Shown in pieces: positions 1 through 10,654 of a stretch of 64,000 bases of DNA. The translations under genes were made by a program, and so were the position numbers. Each line of letters opens with the position of its first letter. Within the stretch, counting starts at the first letter, position 1. The stretch comes from Betaproteobacteria bacterium (lineage in GTDB: Bacteria > Pseudomonadota > Gammaproteobacteria > Burkholderiales > Usitatibacteraceae), in the NCBI GenBank assembly GCA_043744315.1, contig JAYTUX010000320.1, positions 662 to 64,661 of the forward strand, in the 5' to 3' direction. The notes under the pieces are model-generated. The model was not told the DNA's origin, made no database searches, and worked only from the letters and a program-made list of their open reading frames with translations.

Positions 1-1333
<1,333 letters not shown>

Positions 1334-1444
1334 TAAATGTACAGAAGCCAATGGGTGCCGGGCGAACGGTTTAGATATTCAAGGCTCGCAATGGAGCAAT
1401 GAAGCGAGCCTCTATAATGTGGCGATCAAACCTGATCGCCCCGC

Positions 1445-3820
1445 ATGAATGCACCGGAACCACATCCACAGCCGTTATTGCCGCATCCGCGTCTGCTCGA
1501 CAATCTTAATCCCGAACAACTGAAAGCCGTGACACTGGGGCGCGAAAGCGCGCTGGTGCTGGCTGGGGCGGGTAGCGGCAAAACTCGCGTGTTGACGACT
1601 CGCATCGCGCTCTTGATTCAGACCGGTCAAGTGAGCCCTGCCGGCGTGCTCGCGGTCACGTTCACCAACAAAGCCGCCAAGGAAATGCTCGCACGCTTGT
1701 CTGCGATGATGCCGATCAACACGCGCGGCATGTGGATCGGCACCTTTCACGGCCTGTGCAATCGCCTGCTACGCGCGCACCACCGCGACGCCAATTTGCC
1801 GCAGACTTTTCAGATACTCGATTCGGCAGATCAGCAATCGGCCGTCAAGCGTTTGCTGAAGACGCTCAACGTCGACGAAGAAAAATACAAGCCGCGCGAG
1901 ATGTGCTGGTTTTTCAATGGCTGCAAGGAGCAGGGATTGCGTGCGGGTGCGGTGGAGGCGCAAGATGAATTCACGCGCCGCCAGGTCGAGCTCTATCTCG
2001 CTTATGACGAACAATGCCAGCGCGAAGGCGTGGTCGATTTCGCCGAATTGCTGTTGCGGTGTTTTGAGTTGCTCTCCAAAAATCCGCTGTTATTGGAGCA
2101 CTATCGCGAGCGCTTCAAGTTCATTCTGGTCGATGAATTCCAGGACACGAACCAATTGCAATACCGCTGGATTCGGCTGCTCGGCGGCGGTGGCGCGGCG
2201 ATGTTCGCGGTGGGTGACGACGACCAATCGATCTATAAATTTCGCGGCGCCGAAGTCGGCAACATGCGCGATTTCCAGCGCGACTATGCCCGTGGAAACG
2301 TGATCAAGCTCGAACAGAATTATCGTTCGCAAGGCAATATCCTCGACGCCGCCAACGCGGTGATCCAGCAAAACAAGGAACGCCTCGGCAAAAATTTGTG
2401 GACCGAGGCGGGCAAGGGCGAACCGGTGCGCATTTACCCCGCCGCGTCGGACAACGACGAAGCCGGATTCATCATCGATGAAGTCAAGGCGCTGAACCGT
2501 GCCGGTGCGGACTTGAGCAGCATGGCGCTCTTGTATCGCTCCAACGCGCAATCGCGGGTGCTGGAACACGCGCTGTTCCGCGCGGGCGTTGCCTACAAGG
2601 TTTATGGCGGCTTGCGTTTTTTCGAGCGTCAGGAAATCAAGCATGCGCTCGCGTATTTGCGTGTCGCAGCCAACCCCGACGACGATGGCGCGTTTTCGCG
2701 GGTGATTAATTTTCCACCGCGCGGCATTGGCGCGCGCTCGATCGAGCAGGTTCAGGAATTGGCGCGGCGCAATAATCTTTCGATGTACGCGGCGGCGTCA
2801 TCAGGCATCGCCAAGGGCGAAATCAGTGGCCGCGCGGCATCGATGATCGGCGCGTTTCTGAAAATTGCCGACTCCTTGAAGGCCTCTTCGACAGTCGTTG
2901 CCTTGCAAGAACTTGCCGACGAATGCCTCGAGAAAAGTGGTTTGCGCGCCCACTATCAGGCCGAACGCGAAGGTGCCGATCGCTTGGAAAATTTGGCGGA
3001 GTTGATCAACGCGACCGCGCAATTTCAGGAAGAGTACGAGGGCGAGGATACCGCGCTGGTCGGCTTTCTCACCCACGCGAGTCTCGAAGCGGGCGAACAT
3101 GAAGCAGGCGCTTCAGAGGATGCGTTGCAACTCATGACGGTTCACTCGGCCAAGGGACTTGAGTTCACGGCGGTGTTCGTGAGTGGCCTCGAAGAAGGTT
3201 TGTTCCCGCATGAAAATTCCATCAAGGATCTGGAGAGTATCGAAGAAGAGCGGCGCTTGATGTACGTCGCCATCACGCGCGCACGCGAACGCTTGTACCT
3301 TTCGTACGCCGGGCAGCGCATGTTGCATGGTCAGATGCGCTACGGAATTGTGTCGCGGTTCGTCGATGAGATTCCCGCCGCACTCTGCAAGTGGATCGTG
3401 GTACCGGAAAAGCAGGCGGGCTACCTCGCGGGTCAGCGCATGTATCCGATGACGCGCGGCGGTGGCGGCTATCAGGCGTCGGAGTCCGGCCATGGAAACC
3501 ATGGCGGATACAACGGCGCGGCGTGGCGCGAGGGTCGCGGTAGCGGCGAAGAACATTTCAATCGAGCGCCCCGATACGCTGCCGATACGCCCTATGGTCG
3601 CGAAGGTGCACCCGACACCGCGCGCGCAAATTTTGAAACCAAACGCCCCGACGCGCATCCCTTCGCCATCGGCCAAAACGTCATGCATGCAAAATTCGGC
3701 GAAGGCGTGGTGGTGAATTTCGAGGGCAACGGGCTGGACGCGCGCGTGCAGGTCAAATTTCGCGGCGACGGCACCAAATGGCTCGCGTTGCAGTATGCGA
3801 AATTGGTAGCGATGGGGTAG
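1445..3820 (+). CDS. uvrD: ATP-dependent DNA helicase II (UvrD/PcrA family) with C-terminal Tudor-like extension
   Basis: SF1 helicase motifs: AGAGSGKT (Walker A), VDEFQDTN, EQNYRS, TVHSAKGLEF, YVAITRA. 791 aa. Confidence 0.85.
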   Translation: MNAPEPHPQPLLPHPRLLDNLNPEQLKAVTLGRESALVLAGAGSGKTRVLTTRIALLIQTGQVSPAGVLAVTFTNKAAKEMLARLSAMMPINTRGMWIGTFHGLCNRLLRAHHRDANLPQTFQILDSADQQSAVKRLLKTLNVDEEKYKPREMCWFFNGCKEQGLRAGAVEAQDEFTRRQVELYLAYDEQCQREGVVDFAELLLRCFELLSKNPLLLEHYRERFKFILVDEFQDTNQLQYRWIRLLGGGGAAMFAVGDDDQSIYKFRGAEVGNMRDFQRDYARGNVIKLEQNYRSQGNILDAANAVIQQNKERLGKNLWTEAGKGEPVRIYPAASDNDEAGFIIDEVKALNRAGADLSSMALLYRSNAQSRVLEHALFRAGVAYKVYGGLRFFERQEIKHALAYLRVAANPDDDGAFSRVINFPPRGIGARSIEQVQELARRNNLSMYAAASSGIAKGEISGRAASMIGAFLKIADSLKASSTVVALQELADECLEKSGLRAHYQAEREGADRLENLAELINATAQFQEEYEGEDTALVGFLTHASLEAGEHEAGASEDALQLMTVHSAKGLEFTAVFVSGLEEGLFPHENSIKDLESIEEERRLMYVAITRARERLYLSYAGQRMLHGQMRYGIVSRFVDEIPAALCKWIVVPEKQAGYLAGQRMYPMTRGGGGYQASESGHGNHGGYNGAAWREGRGSGEEHFNRAPRYAADTPYGREGAPDTARANFETKRPDAHPFAIGQNVMHAKFGEGVVVNFEGNGLDARVQVKFRGDGTKWLALQYAKLVAMG

Positions 3821-3930
3821 CAAACTCTATATTTGGCGGGCCTTTCCGGGAATAAAGCGTCCGAACGTGTCGTCTATGCTGGAGTTTGACGCGTTTTCGC
3901 GGGAGAAAGCTACTCTGAATTTCTATGGCT

Positions 3931-3994
3931 TGTCATCCTGAGCGCAGCGAAGGATCTGGTCGCGACGAGATCCTTCGCTGCGCTCAGCATGACA
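3931..3994. terminator. 27-bp inverted repeat (1 mismatch) between convergent uvrD and FHA genes; bidirectional terminator / REP-like palindrome
   Basis: tgtcatcctgagcgcagcgaaggatct (3931-3957), 10-nt loop, agatccttcgctgcgctcagcatgaca (3968-3994). No U-tract. Confidence 0.55.
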
Positions 3995-4017
3995 GCACTA
4001 TTGGTTTTGGCGCTGCT

Positions 4018-5097
4018 TCAGTCCAAATCCGCGAACGAAAACGCGCTCGATGAAGGCTCTCTCTTTCGTTCCTCTTCCAGCTTCGGTTTCAGCGCGATCG
4101 CGCCTTTGAAAAAGTCGTCCGGTTCCACTGGCGATTTCAACAACATAAACGGCGGCATGAGTTTGGCGGAGATGCGTTGCGATTGCAGGCGCTCGGCCTC
4201 GGCGCGTAGCGACACATGCACGCCGATCGCGACCACGACCAGCGCGCCGAGGATTCCGCCGACGAGTCGATTGTGTTTGCATGTGATGGCGCGGATATGC
4301 GCAAAGCAAAGCGCGCCAAACATCGCCCACGCGAGCAATGGCAGCCACTTTTGAGGTGCCACCCAGGCGAAGGCGTAACTGACGAAATCGCCTAGCAAAT
4401 CGAGGGCATATAACGCGAGCATGAATGCGAACGCGATTGACGTATGCCGAAAGAATTCGCCGCGTGTGGTTACAAGGCGTGTCAGCAGCGTCCAGATTCC
4501 AGCCCAGCCCAGCACCAGCAACGGAAAAATCACCGCGCCGGGCAAATAGGCGGCAAGTTTGAATTCGCTGGTTTGCGACAGCCACGTGGATAGTAAAATC
4601 ACCGCGATGAACAGCGCCATCATTCCCAGCGCGGCGTTGCCGTAGCCGGTTGCGGGCGCCGAGATCGGTATGGGCGTTGTTAGTTGCGCTGGAACGCCGA
4701 CAGGCATTGATGCGGGAAGTGGCAACGCCGCTGCGACCGTGAAGTTTGCGCGCCGTATGCGCAGACGCGTGTGACCGATGCGAATGACGGCTTCATCGCC
4801 AACCGACATGCGTTTGACACTTGAATCACTCGCGATATCGATGGTGCCGTTTTGTGAACCCAGATCCTCAACCCAAAGTGTGGGCGCATTTTCGGATTCG
4901 GTGGCCACCGCTGCGGCATCGATGTCGTAGGCGATGCGCAAATGTGCGGGTGCGACATACGCGTCGTCGATTACGACATCGTTTTCATAGCCACGGCCGA
5001 TGGTGGCGACACCGGATTGCATACGCTGCCGTGATATCACTTCACCGGAGGCGTCAAGAATTTCTATCCAGAATGCCGGTAGCTTATTCATGTTCAT
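4018..5097 (-). CDS. FHA-domain polytopic membrane protein
   Basis: N-terminal FHA signature (ATIGRGYENDVVIDDAYVAPAHLRI ... VEDLGSQNGT ... IRIGHTRLRI) followed by about 5 hydrophobic helices. Its ATG overlaps the upstream stop (ATGA at 5094-5097). Confidence 0.7.
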   Translation of the reverse strand: MNMNKLPAFWIEILDASGEVISRQRMQSGVATIGRGYENDVVIDDAYVAPAHLRIAYDIDAAAVATESENAPTLWVEDLGSQNGTIDIASDSSVKRMSVGDEAVIRIGHTRLRIRRANFTVAAALPLPASMPVGVPAQLTTPIPISAPATGYGNAALGMMALFIAVILLSTWLSQTSEFKLAAYLPGAVIFPLLVLGWAGIWTLLTRLVTTRGEFFRHTSIAFAFMLALYALDLLGDFVSYAFAWVAPQKWLPLLAWAMFGALCFAHIRAITCKHNRLVGGILGALVVVAIGVHVSLRAEAERLQSQRISAKLMPPFMLLKSPVEPDDFFKGAIALKPKLEEERKREPSSSAFSFADLD

Positions 5098-6491
5098 TGC
5101 GCCACCGTTAATTCAGACAGGAAGCGTTTCGCGAATCGAGTGGCGTTCTCATACGAGGTGCCGCTCATCGATAGCGTCATCGCCACCGCCTCATCGCTTC
5201 GATCCTGCGTGACGGCCATCATCGACACATTGAAGAGGCCCTCCATATCGCGGTAGGCACTTGCGCACCACATCACGCGTAGTCGCGGGTGCGATGCCTT
5301 GGTACCCGGCTCGCCAGCGGTCACGATATCTTCGTGACACGCGGGCGGCGTGAGGCGCTTCACGTTGGATTCGTCGCCCGACAAGCGCGCGCTTTGCGAG
5401 ACAAAATTGGCGAATTGGAAACTGTTGAGATCAATCGATTTGAAATGATTGCGTGCGATGCGCACATTGCCCGTGTACAAATCGCCGGCGAGGAACAACC
5501 AGTTTTGCATCGCGCAACTTGATGAGTCGGAGCGCGCGCGCGGTGCCGGCTTGGCGTCGGCGTTGGTATGCGCGCCGCAGGTAAACCATTCGGCGGCGCT
5601 CTCCGGTACTCGGTAAGGGCCATTGGGCGTGGCTTTGAATCCTTTCGAATCAAGTACGACATATAACTCGTTCTGCCACGCCGTCAATTGGCGGGTAATT
5701 TCGGCGCGCGTGATTTTGCCAGTCAGCGGATCGGGCAATCGTGGCGTGGATATCAACGCTGCCGCGTATTTGGCCGGCACAAGGAAACTCACCTGCTCGG
5801 CGCGAATGGCTTTGGCGACGTTGACGCCAGCGATTCGCGACGATCCGGCGAGCGTCGGGCCGCCGCTCATGCCCGGATTCATCGGACCGGACAAGTGGAT
5901 GCGTTCGCCGTAGCTGCGCTCGACCAGACCGCTGTAGTTGCCCTCCATCACGGCGAAACCGATGTCGAGCGGATTGCCGAGGCTGAACAATTTTTCGCCG
6001 CGCGGTAGTTCACCTTTAAGTGCGCGTTGATCGAATTCAAAATGCGTCCAGCCGCCTTTATCGAGTTGCACCAACGCGAGATCGTTGATGACATCGAAGG
6101 CGAGCAATTTCAGTTTGCCGCGGGTGCCGTTGGCCGACACATATTCCATACGATAGGTCTGCGGTTCCATCGCGTGCTGCGAAACGACGTGATAGTTGGT
6201 GATCGCCAAGCCGTCGGCGCTGACCAGAAAGCCCGAACCAGTGGAAGATTTTTGCGAGGCGCTATTTAGCAGCGTGCGGATTTGCAGCAATCGCGGCTTG
6301 GCGTCGCGGTAAATTGCCTCGGCACTGGATGACAAAGCGACTGAGGTGGCTGGCTGGGAATAAATCGGTGCTGCATAAAGAATCGCGGCGGCAACGGTCA
6401 GAAATACAGATTGAATTTGCATCAGGCGGCACAAGAAAATGACGATGCAACGATTGTACCGCGCAGTACCTGCCGCGCCGGCGATGCTCAA
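5094..6491 (-). CDS. secreted trypsin-like (S1/chymotrypsin fold) serine protease with Cys-containing C-terminal domain
   Basis: Catalytic triad contexts are visible: AITNYHVV (His), INDLALVQL (Asp), NPGMSGGP (Ser). The track start at 6491 is TTG; an ATG at 6422 (MQIQSVFLTVAAAILYAAP, signal-like) is an alternative start. Confidence 0.7.
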   Translation of the reverse strand: MSIAGAAGTARYNRCIVIFLCRLMQIQSVFLTVAAAILYAAPIYSQPATSVALSSSAEAIYRDAKPRLLQIRTLLNSASQKSSTGSGFLVSADGLAITNYHVVSQHAMEPQTYRMEYVSANGTRGKLKLLAFDVINDLALVQLDKGGWTHFEFDQRALKGELPRGEKLFSLGNPLDIGFAVMEGNYSGLVERSYGERIHLSGPMNPGMSGGPTLAGSSRIAGVNVAKAIRAEQVSFLVPAKYAAALISTPRLPDPLTGKITRAEITRQLTAWQNELYVVLDSKGFKATPNGPYRVPESAAEWFTCGAHTNADAKPAPRARSDSSSCAMQNWLFLAGDLYTGNVRIARNHFKSIDLNSFQFANFVSQSARLSGDESNVKRLTPPACHEDIVTAGEPGTKASHPRLRVMWCASAYRDMEGLFNVSMMAVTQDRSDEAVAMTLSMSGTSYENATRFAKRFLSELTVAQ

Positions 6492-7591
6492 CTCATCAGG
6501 TCGCCATTCTTCCGGATGACCGCGATATCGACATATTTTCCGCCATGACGAAACCCCGGCTTGAATTCGACCACGAAGCCGCCGACGTCGACGCGGCCCA
6601 TCGCGGACAGTGCCTTCTGCAGCGACTCTCGGGTGACTTCGCGCCCGGCTTTTTTCATGCCTTCCACCAAAATCTTTGCGGCAATGCAGGCCTCCAGTGC
6701 GGTCACTGACATCGCGTCATTCTGACCCGACGCCGACCATGCCTCCGTGCACTCTTTGACCACGGCAATCCCTTGTTGTCGCGGTGTCGGCACCGTGAGC
6801 GCAACCGACACGCCGGCTGCATCCTGGCCCAGCGATTTCGCGATCTGGCTGGCACCCGCGAACGACAGGCTCGTCACGAGGTATTGCTTGTTGGCCAACT
6901 TCAGCGCTTTGACCAGTTGTGTGACGGGTGCATACAACGTGGTCACCAGAACAAAATGCGGATTTGAGCTGATCACTTCCTGCACGCTGGTGACGGGCAA
7001 CTCCACGTTGCGTTTGATGGCGACACTCACAGGCTTCGCGCCGAATTTTTCGAGCGAACGCGCGACGGTGTCGAAATTCTGTTTGCCGACGGCGTCGTCG
7101 TAATGCAGCACGGTCACGCGCGTTGAACCTAAATTGCCCCAGAAATTGACGATCTTCTCGATTTCGTCAGCGTAGGTCGCGCGCACGGTGTAGACGTAAT
7201 CGTTTTGTTTGCGGATGGTGTCCGCGCCGGTGAAGGGTGCAAAGAACGGCACACGCGCTTCTTTCACTGCCGGCATTGCCGGGATACTCAAGGTGGAGGA
7301 TGCGTAGCCGAACAAAGCGACCGCACCTTCCTCTGCAATCAGCTTTTTGGTGTTCTCGCCCGAGGCTTTGGCGTCATTTTTGTCGTCAAGGGTGACCAGT
7401 TTGATTTTGTGGCCGCTGACGCCGCCTGCATCATTCACTTTTTTGAAGTACGCGAGCGCGCCATTGCGAATATCCAATCCAAGTTCTGCATTGCCGCCAG
7501 TGAGTGGCGCGGATTGGCCGACAATAATTTCCGCCGTCACAATGGTGGAAAAAAATAGCGGCAGGCTGAGCAGGACGATTCGAGTGCGCAT
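6488..7591 (-). CDS. periplasmic binding protein, type I (Leu/Ile/Val-binding-like), orphan (no cognate permease/ATPase nearby)
   Basis: Signal peptide MRTRIVLLSLPLFFSTIVTA. IIVGQSAPLTGGNAELG...YFKKVNDAGGVSGHKIKLVTLDDKND is typical of LivK-type substrate-binding proteins. Confidence 0.75.
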   Translation of the reverse strand: MRTRIVLLSLPLFFSTIVTAEIIVGQSAPLTGGNAELGLDIRNGALAYFKKVNDAGGVSGHKIKLVTLDDKNDAKASGENTKKLIAEEGAVALFGYASSTLSIPAMPAVKEARVPFFAPFTGADTIRKQNDYVYTVRATYADEIEKIVNFWGNLGSTRVTVLHYDDAVGKQNFDTVARSLEKFGAKPVSVAIKRNVELPVTSVQEVISSNPHFVLVTTLYAPVTQLVKALKLANKQYLVTSLSFAGASQIAKSLGQDAAGVSVALTVPTPRQQGIAVVKECTEAWSASGQNDAMSVTALEACIAAKILVEGMKKAGREVTRESLQKALSAMGRVDVGGFVVEFKPGFRHGGKYVDIAVIRKNGDLMS

Positions 7592-7736
7592 GTGAACCTC
7601 AAATGTTGATCGGGGTGGACTTCACAATGGGTCGCTGTCGATAATGCATGTGCCGCCAATGGTGCTTCGGGCCGCCGCAATCGATACACGGCATCCTGTC
7701 GATTCTACGCCTCGCGATGGCGGTGTGTTGCCCGAT

Positions 7737-8459
7737 TCAATCGTTGGAAAATACTTTCCGGTAGCTCATGAAATGCGCAATCGCGTAAACGGGTAGCGCA
7801 AATATCAAGCCAAGCAACATCGGCATCGCGGCGATGAACAAGATCGCCAGTATTGCCACACCGAACAACATCAGCGGCATGAAATTGGCGATGAAGGCAT
7901 AAAAACTCCAGCGAATCGCATGACTCACGCTCATCGGGTTCAAGGCGAGCAGCGGCAATGCAAACCACAGCACGGCGCGCGTCAGCATCACCAGGCCGAA
8001 CCAGAGGTAGAGCAGCCAACCCTTGCTTTGCAGAAAATCCGCATAGGCCTGCGCAAGAATCCGCATGTCGATCTCGTCGCCCACGCGAGCTTTTTCCACA
8101 CCCTCGATGCCTACCGGGCCGAGGATGAAACCGAGCAGAATTTCGACGAGCATCGCGATGGCGCCCAATGACACCAGCGCGCGCCCATTGAAACGAAATC
8201 CGGCGAACAAGTGCGCAACCGTGATCGGTTGGGCGGCCGCCTGATCGCGCGCCGCAATGACAAGACCTGCGAACAAGGCGGGTTGCAACATCCACGCAAT
8301 CGGCAAGCCTGCGACCGGAATAATCAGCACGATGCTTAACGTAACCATCATCCAGGTGAAAAGCAAAAATATCCACGCCATCGGCTGGCCGATAAATAAC
8401 TTGATTGCGTCGCGAATCCATTCCAGTCCTGCGCGCGGCGGGGCGTCGACGACTTTCAT
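7737..8459 (-). CDS. integral membrane protein (BPSS1780/DUF2189-like)
   Basis: 240 aa with multiple hydrophobic helices. The N-terminus MKVVDAPPRAGLEWIRDAIKLF resembles this family from memory. It starts 3 nt after the thrB stop. Confidence 0.45.
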   Translation of the reverse strand: MKVVDAPPRAGLEWIRDAIKLFIGQPMAWIFLLFTWMMVTLSIVLIIPVAGLPIAWMLQPALFAGLVIAARDQAAAQPITVAHLFAGFRFNGRALVSLGAIAMLVEILLGFILGPVGIEGVEKARVGDEIDMRILAQAYADFLQSKGWLLYLWFGLVMLTRAVLWFALPLLALNPMSVSHAIRWSFYAFIANFMPLMLFGVAILAILFIAAMPMLLGLIFALPVYAIAHFMSYRKVFSND

Positions 8460-8462
8460 CGG

Positions 8463-9443
8463 TCAGGCGATCGACGCCATTAACGCAAGATGCGTCGACG
8501 CTTCGTCAATGTGGTGGCGAAGCAGGCGTTCCGAAAACGGGTGATCTTTGGGGTGCGTCAATTCCGACGCGCGCGGCAGATGGTGATAATCGAGGCGGCC
8601 CAGCCAGGTGCGCAATACACCCGCGCGCAGCATCTGTGGCCACGCCGCGCGCTCGCTGTTCGTAAATGCGCGCATCGATGCATAGCCTTGCAATAGCGCG
8701 CGCGCGTTTGCTTCATTCAGATGCGCGCGGGGATACGCGGAAAAATCGAGGCACCAATCGTTGACGGTGATGGCGACATCGAACAACAATTTTTCTTCGC
8801 AGGCGAAATAGAAATCGATCATTTGTGGCGTGTGATGGGTGCCGTGGTCGTCCCACAATATATTGTCGCGAAACAAATCGCCGTGGATGATGCCTCTCGG
8901 CAAATCGAGCAGATCAAATCCGGATTGATACTCAAGTTCGGATGCGAGCAAGGCGTTTTCGTCGGTGGTCAGCCCGGCAGCAAGTTCGGCCGACATCTGC
9001 CGCCACCACGAAAGTCCGCGCCAGTTGGGCATCTTCAGGGTAAATGAGGCGGCGACGGCGTGCATGCGCGCAAGTGCCACGCCCACCGCGCGGCAATCGT
9101 CGGGCGTGGGGTGGGCAATATCGTTGCCAGCGAGCCGTGTCACGAGCGCGGCAGGCTTGCCGTGTAGCGGGTGCAGTACCGCTCCGTCGACAGTGGCCAA
9201 CGGCGCCGCGCAGGGGATACTGTGCGCGTGCAAATGCGCCATCAGTCCCATATAAAAATCCAGATCAGCGCGCGGAATTTTCTCGAAAATCGTCAACACA
9301 TACCGGCCGATTGTTGTGGTGACAAAGAAATTTGAATTCTCGACACCGGCCGCGATATTCTGGAAATCGATGATGTCGCCGACACCATAGGGTGCGATAA
9401 AGTCACGCGCCTCGTCGATCGTGACAGGGGTGAATACGCTCAC
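8463..9443 (-). CDS. thrB: homoserine kinase, ThrB type II (aminoglycoside-phosphotransferase fold)
   Basis: VSVFTPVTIDEARDFIAPYGVGDIIDFQNIAAGVENSNFFVTT and HGDLFRDNILW motifs. A GTG at 9443 is preferred over the track start at 9485. Confidence 0.8.
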   Translation of the reverse strand: MSVFTPVTIDEARDFIAPYGVGDIIDFQNIAAGVENSNFFVTTTIGRYVLTIFEKIPRADLDFYMGLMAHLHAHSIPCAAPLATVDGAVLHPLHGKPAALVTRLAGNDIAHPTPDDCRAVGVALARMHAVAASFTLKMPNWRGLSWWRQMSAELAAGLTTDENALLASELEYQSGFDLLDLPRGIIHGDLFRDNILWDDHGTHHTPQMIDFYFACEEKLLFDVAITVNDWCLDFSAYPRAHLNEANARALLQGYASMRAFTNSERAAWPQMLRAGVLRTWLGRLDYHHLPRASELTHPKDHPFSERLLRHHIDEASTHLALMASIA

Positions 9444-9524
9444 CTTGCCGCAAGCCCGCGAATCAAAGGCGACATCAGACCGCAAATGCCTTCATCGAAA
9501 GTGCGTTGGCATTCACCCGACGAA

Positions 9525-9875
9525 TCACCATTCGAGCAACACCCACATCGGCACAGAATATTTCACGTCCGGCCCATCGACGCGGGTGAATTTGCCTTCG
9601 CCCTTGTCATCGATCAGGTAGTACGCGGGGCCGGCGGCAGGCTGAACTTTTTGCTGGTACAACTTGCCTCTGATCCGGTATTCGACGATCGTGTCGCCGC
9701 CCGCTTTACGCGTGGTGATTTCCGGTTCCGGCGCGCCTTTCACGTCCTGCACCTGCGGCGGCGTTTTCACGTCTTCGATCACGACGGCATCTTTCGGGCG
9801 CGGGCGCGCCGCGCTTTGTGCGTACGCGGGCAGGCAGATGCAAATGGTCAGTGCGAGTATCAAGGTGCGGATCAT
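9525..9875 (-). CDS. DUF2782-like secreted protein
   Basis: Signal peptide MIRTLILALTICICLPAYA. 116 aa with C-terminal PMWVLLEW. It sits between thrB and polA, as I recall for this family. Confidence 0.55.
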   Translation of the reverse strand: MIRTLILALTICICLPAYAQSAARPRPKDAVVIEDVKTPPQVQDVKGAPEPEITTRKAGGDTIVEYRIRGKLYQQKVQPAAGPAYYLIDDKGEGKFTRVDGPDVKYSVPMWVLLEW

Positions 9876-9876
9876 G

Positions 9877-10602
9877 TCAAAGACTCATTTCCAATGCGCG
9901 CTCGCCCGGATTGGGCATGAAACTTCGGTTGGCATAATGTTCAAAGATCGCATCGACGACTTGTTGCGGATCATCGATGATCTTGAATAGATTCAGGTCT
10001 TCGGCGTTGATCACTTTCTCATCGACCATTGTCGTGGCGAGCCAATCGACGAGGCCTTTCCAGAATGTGCTGCCGACCAGGATGATCGGAATGCGGCGGA
10101 TCTTGCCGGTTTGAATCAGCGTAAGCGCTTCAGTCAGTTCATCGAGCGTGCCAAAGCCGCCCGGCATCACCACATATGCGCCCGCATGTTTCACAAACAT
10201 CACCTTGCGCGCGAAAAAATGCTGAAAAGTAAGCGAGACATCCTGAAACCCGTTGCCGCCTTTTTCAAACGGCAACAGAATATTCAATCCAACACTTGGG
10301 CTTTTGCCGGCCAGCGCACCTTTGTTGGCCGCTTCCATCAAGCCCGGGCCGCCACCGGATACCACGGAAAAACCGGAATCCGAAAGTTTTTTGGCGATGT
10401 CTTCGGTCAATTTGTAATACGGGTGACTTGGCTTTGTGCGCGCGCTGCCAAAGATTGCGACGGCCGGCGCGACGGCCGCTAGCTTGTCCGCCGCCGTAAC
10501 CATTTCGGCGATAATGTTGAACATCCACCACGAGTCGCGCGCGGCGGTCAGCGATTGCTGATGCAATTCGGGATCGGCAAGCTTTGGTACCTTGGACACC
10601 AC
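9877..10602 (-). CDS. LOG family protein (TIGR00730-type nucleotide N-glycosidase / lysine-decarboxylase-like)
   Basis: AIFGSARTKP, GGGPGLMEAAN and the PGGFGTLDE signature. Start is uncertain: GTG at 10602 or 10599 is preferred, but the ORF extends to ATG 10656 and TTG 10686. Confidence 0.7.
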   Translation of the reverse strand: MVSKVPKLADPELHQQSLTAARDSWWMFNIIAEMVTAADKLAAVAPAVAIFGSARTKPSHPYYKLTEDIAKKLSDSGFSVVSGGGPGLMEAANKGALAGKSPSVGLNILLPFEKGGNGFQDVSLTFQHFFARKVMFVKHAGAYVVMPGGFGTLDELTEALTLIQTGKIRRIPIILVGSTFWKGLVDWLATTMVDEKVINAEDLNLFKIIDDPQQVVDAIFEHYANRSFMPNPGERALEMSL

Positions 10603-10654
10603 CGCTGGATTGCCGTTGCCGCCACCGCTATCTTGCTTCAAAGACCTGCCTCCC

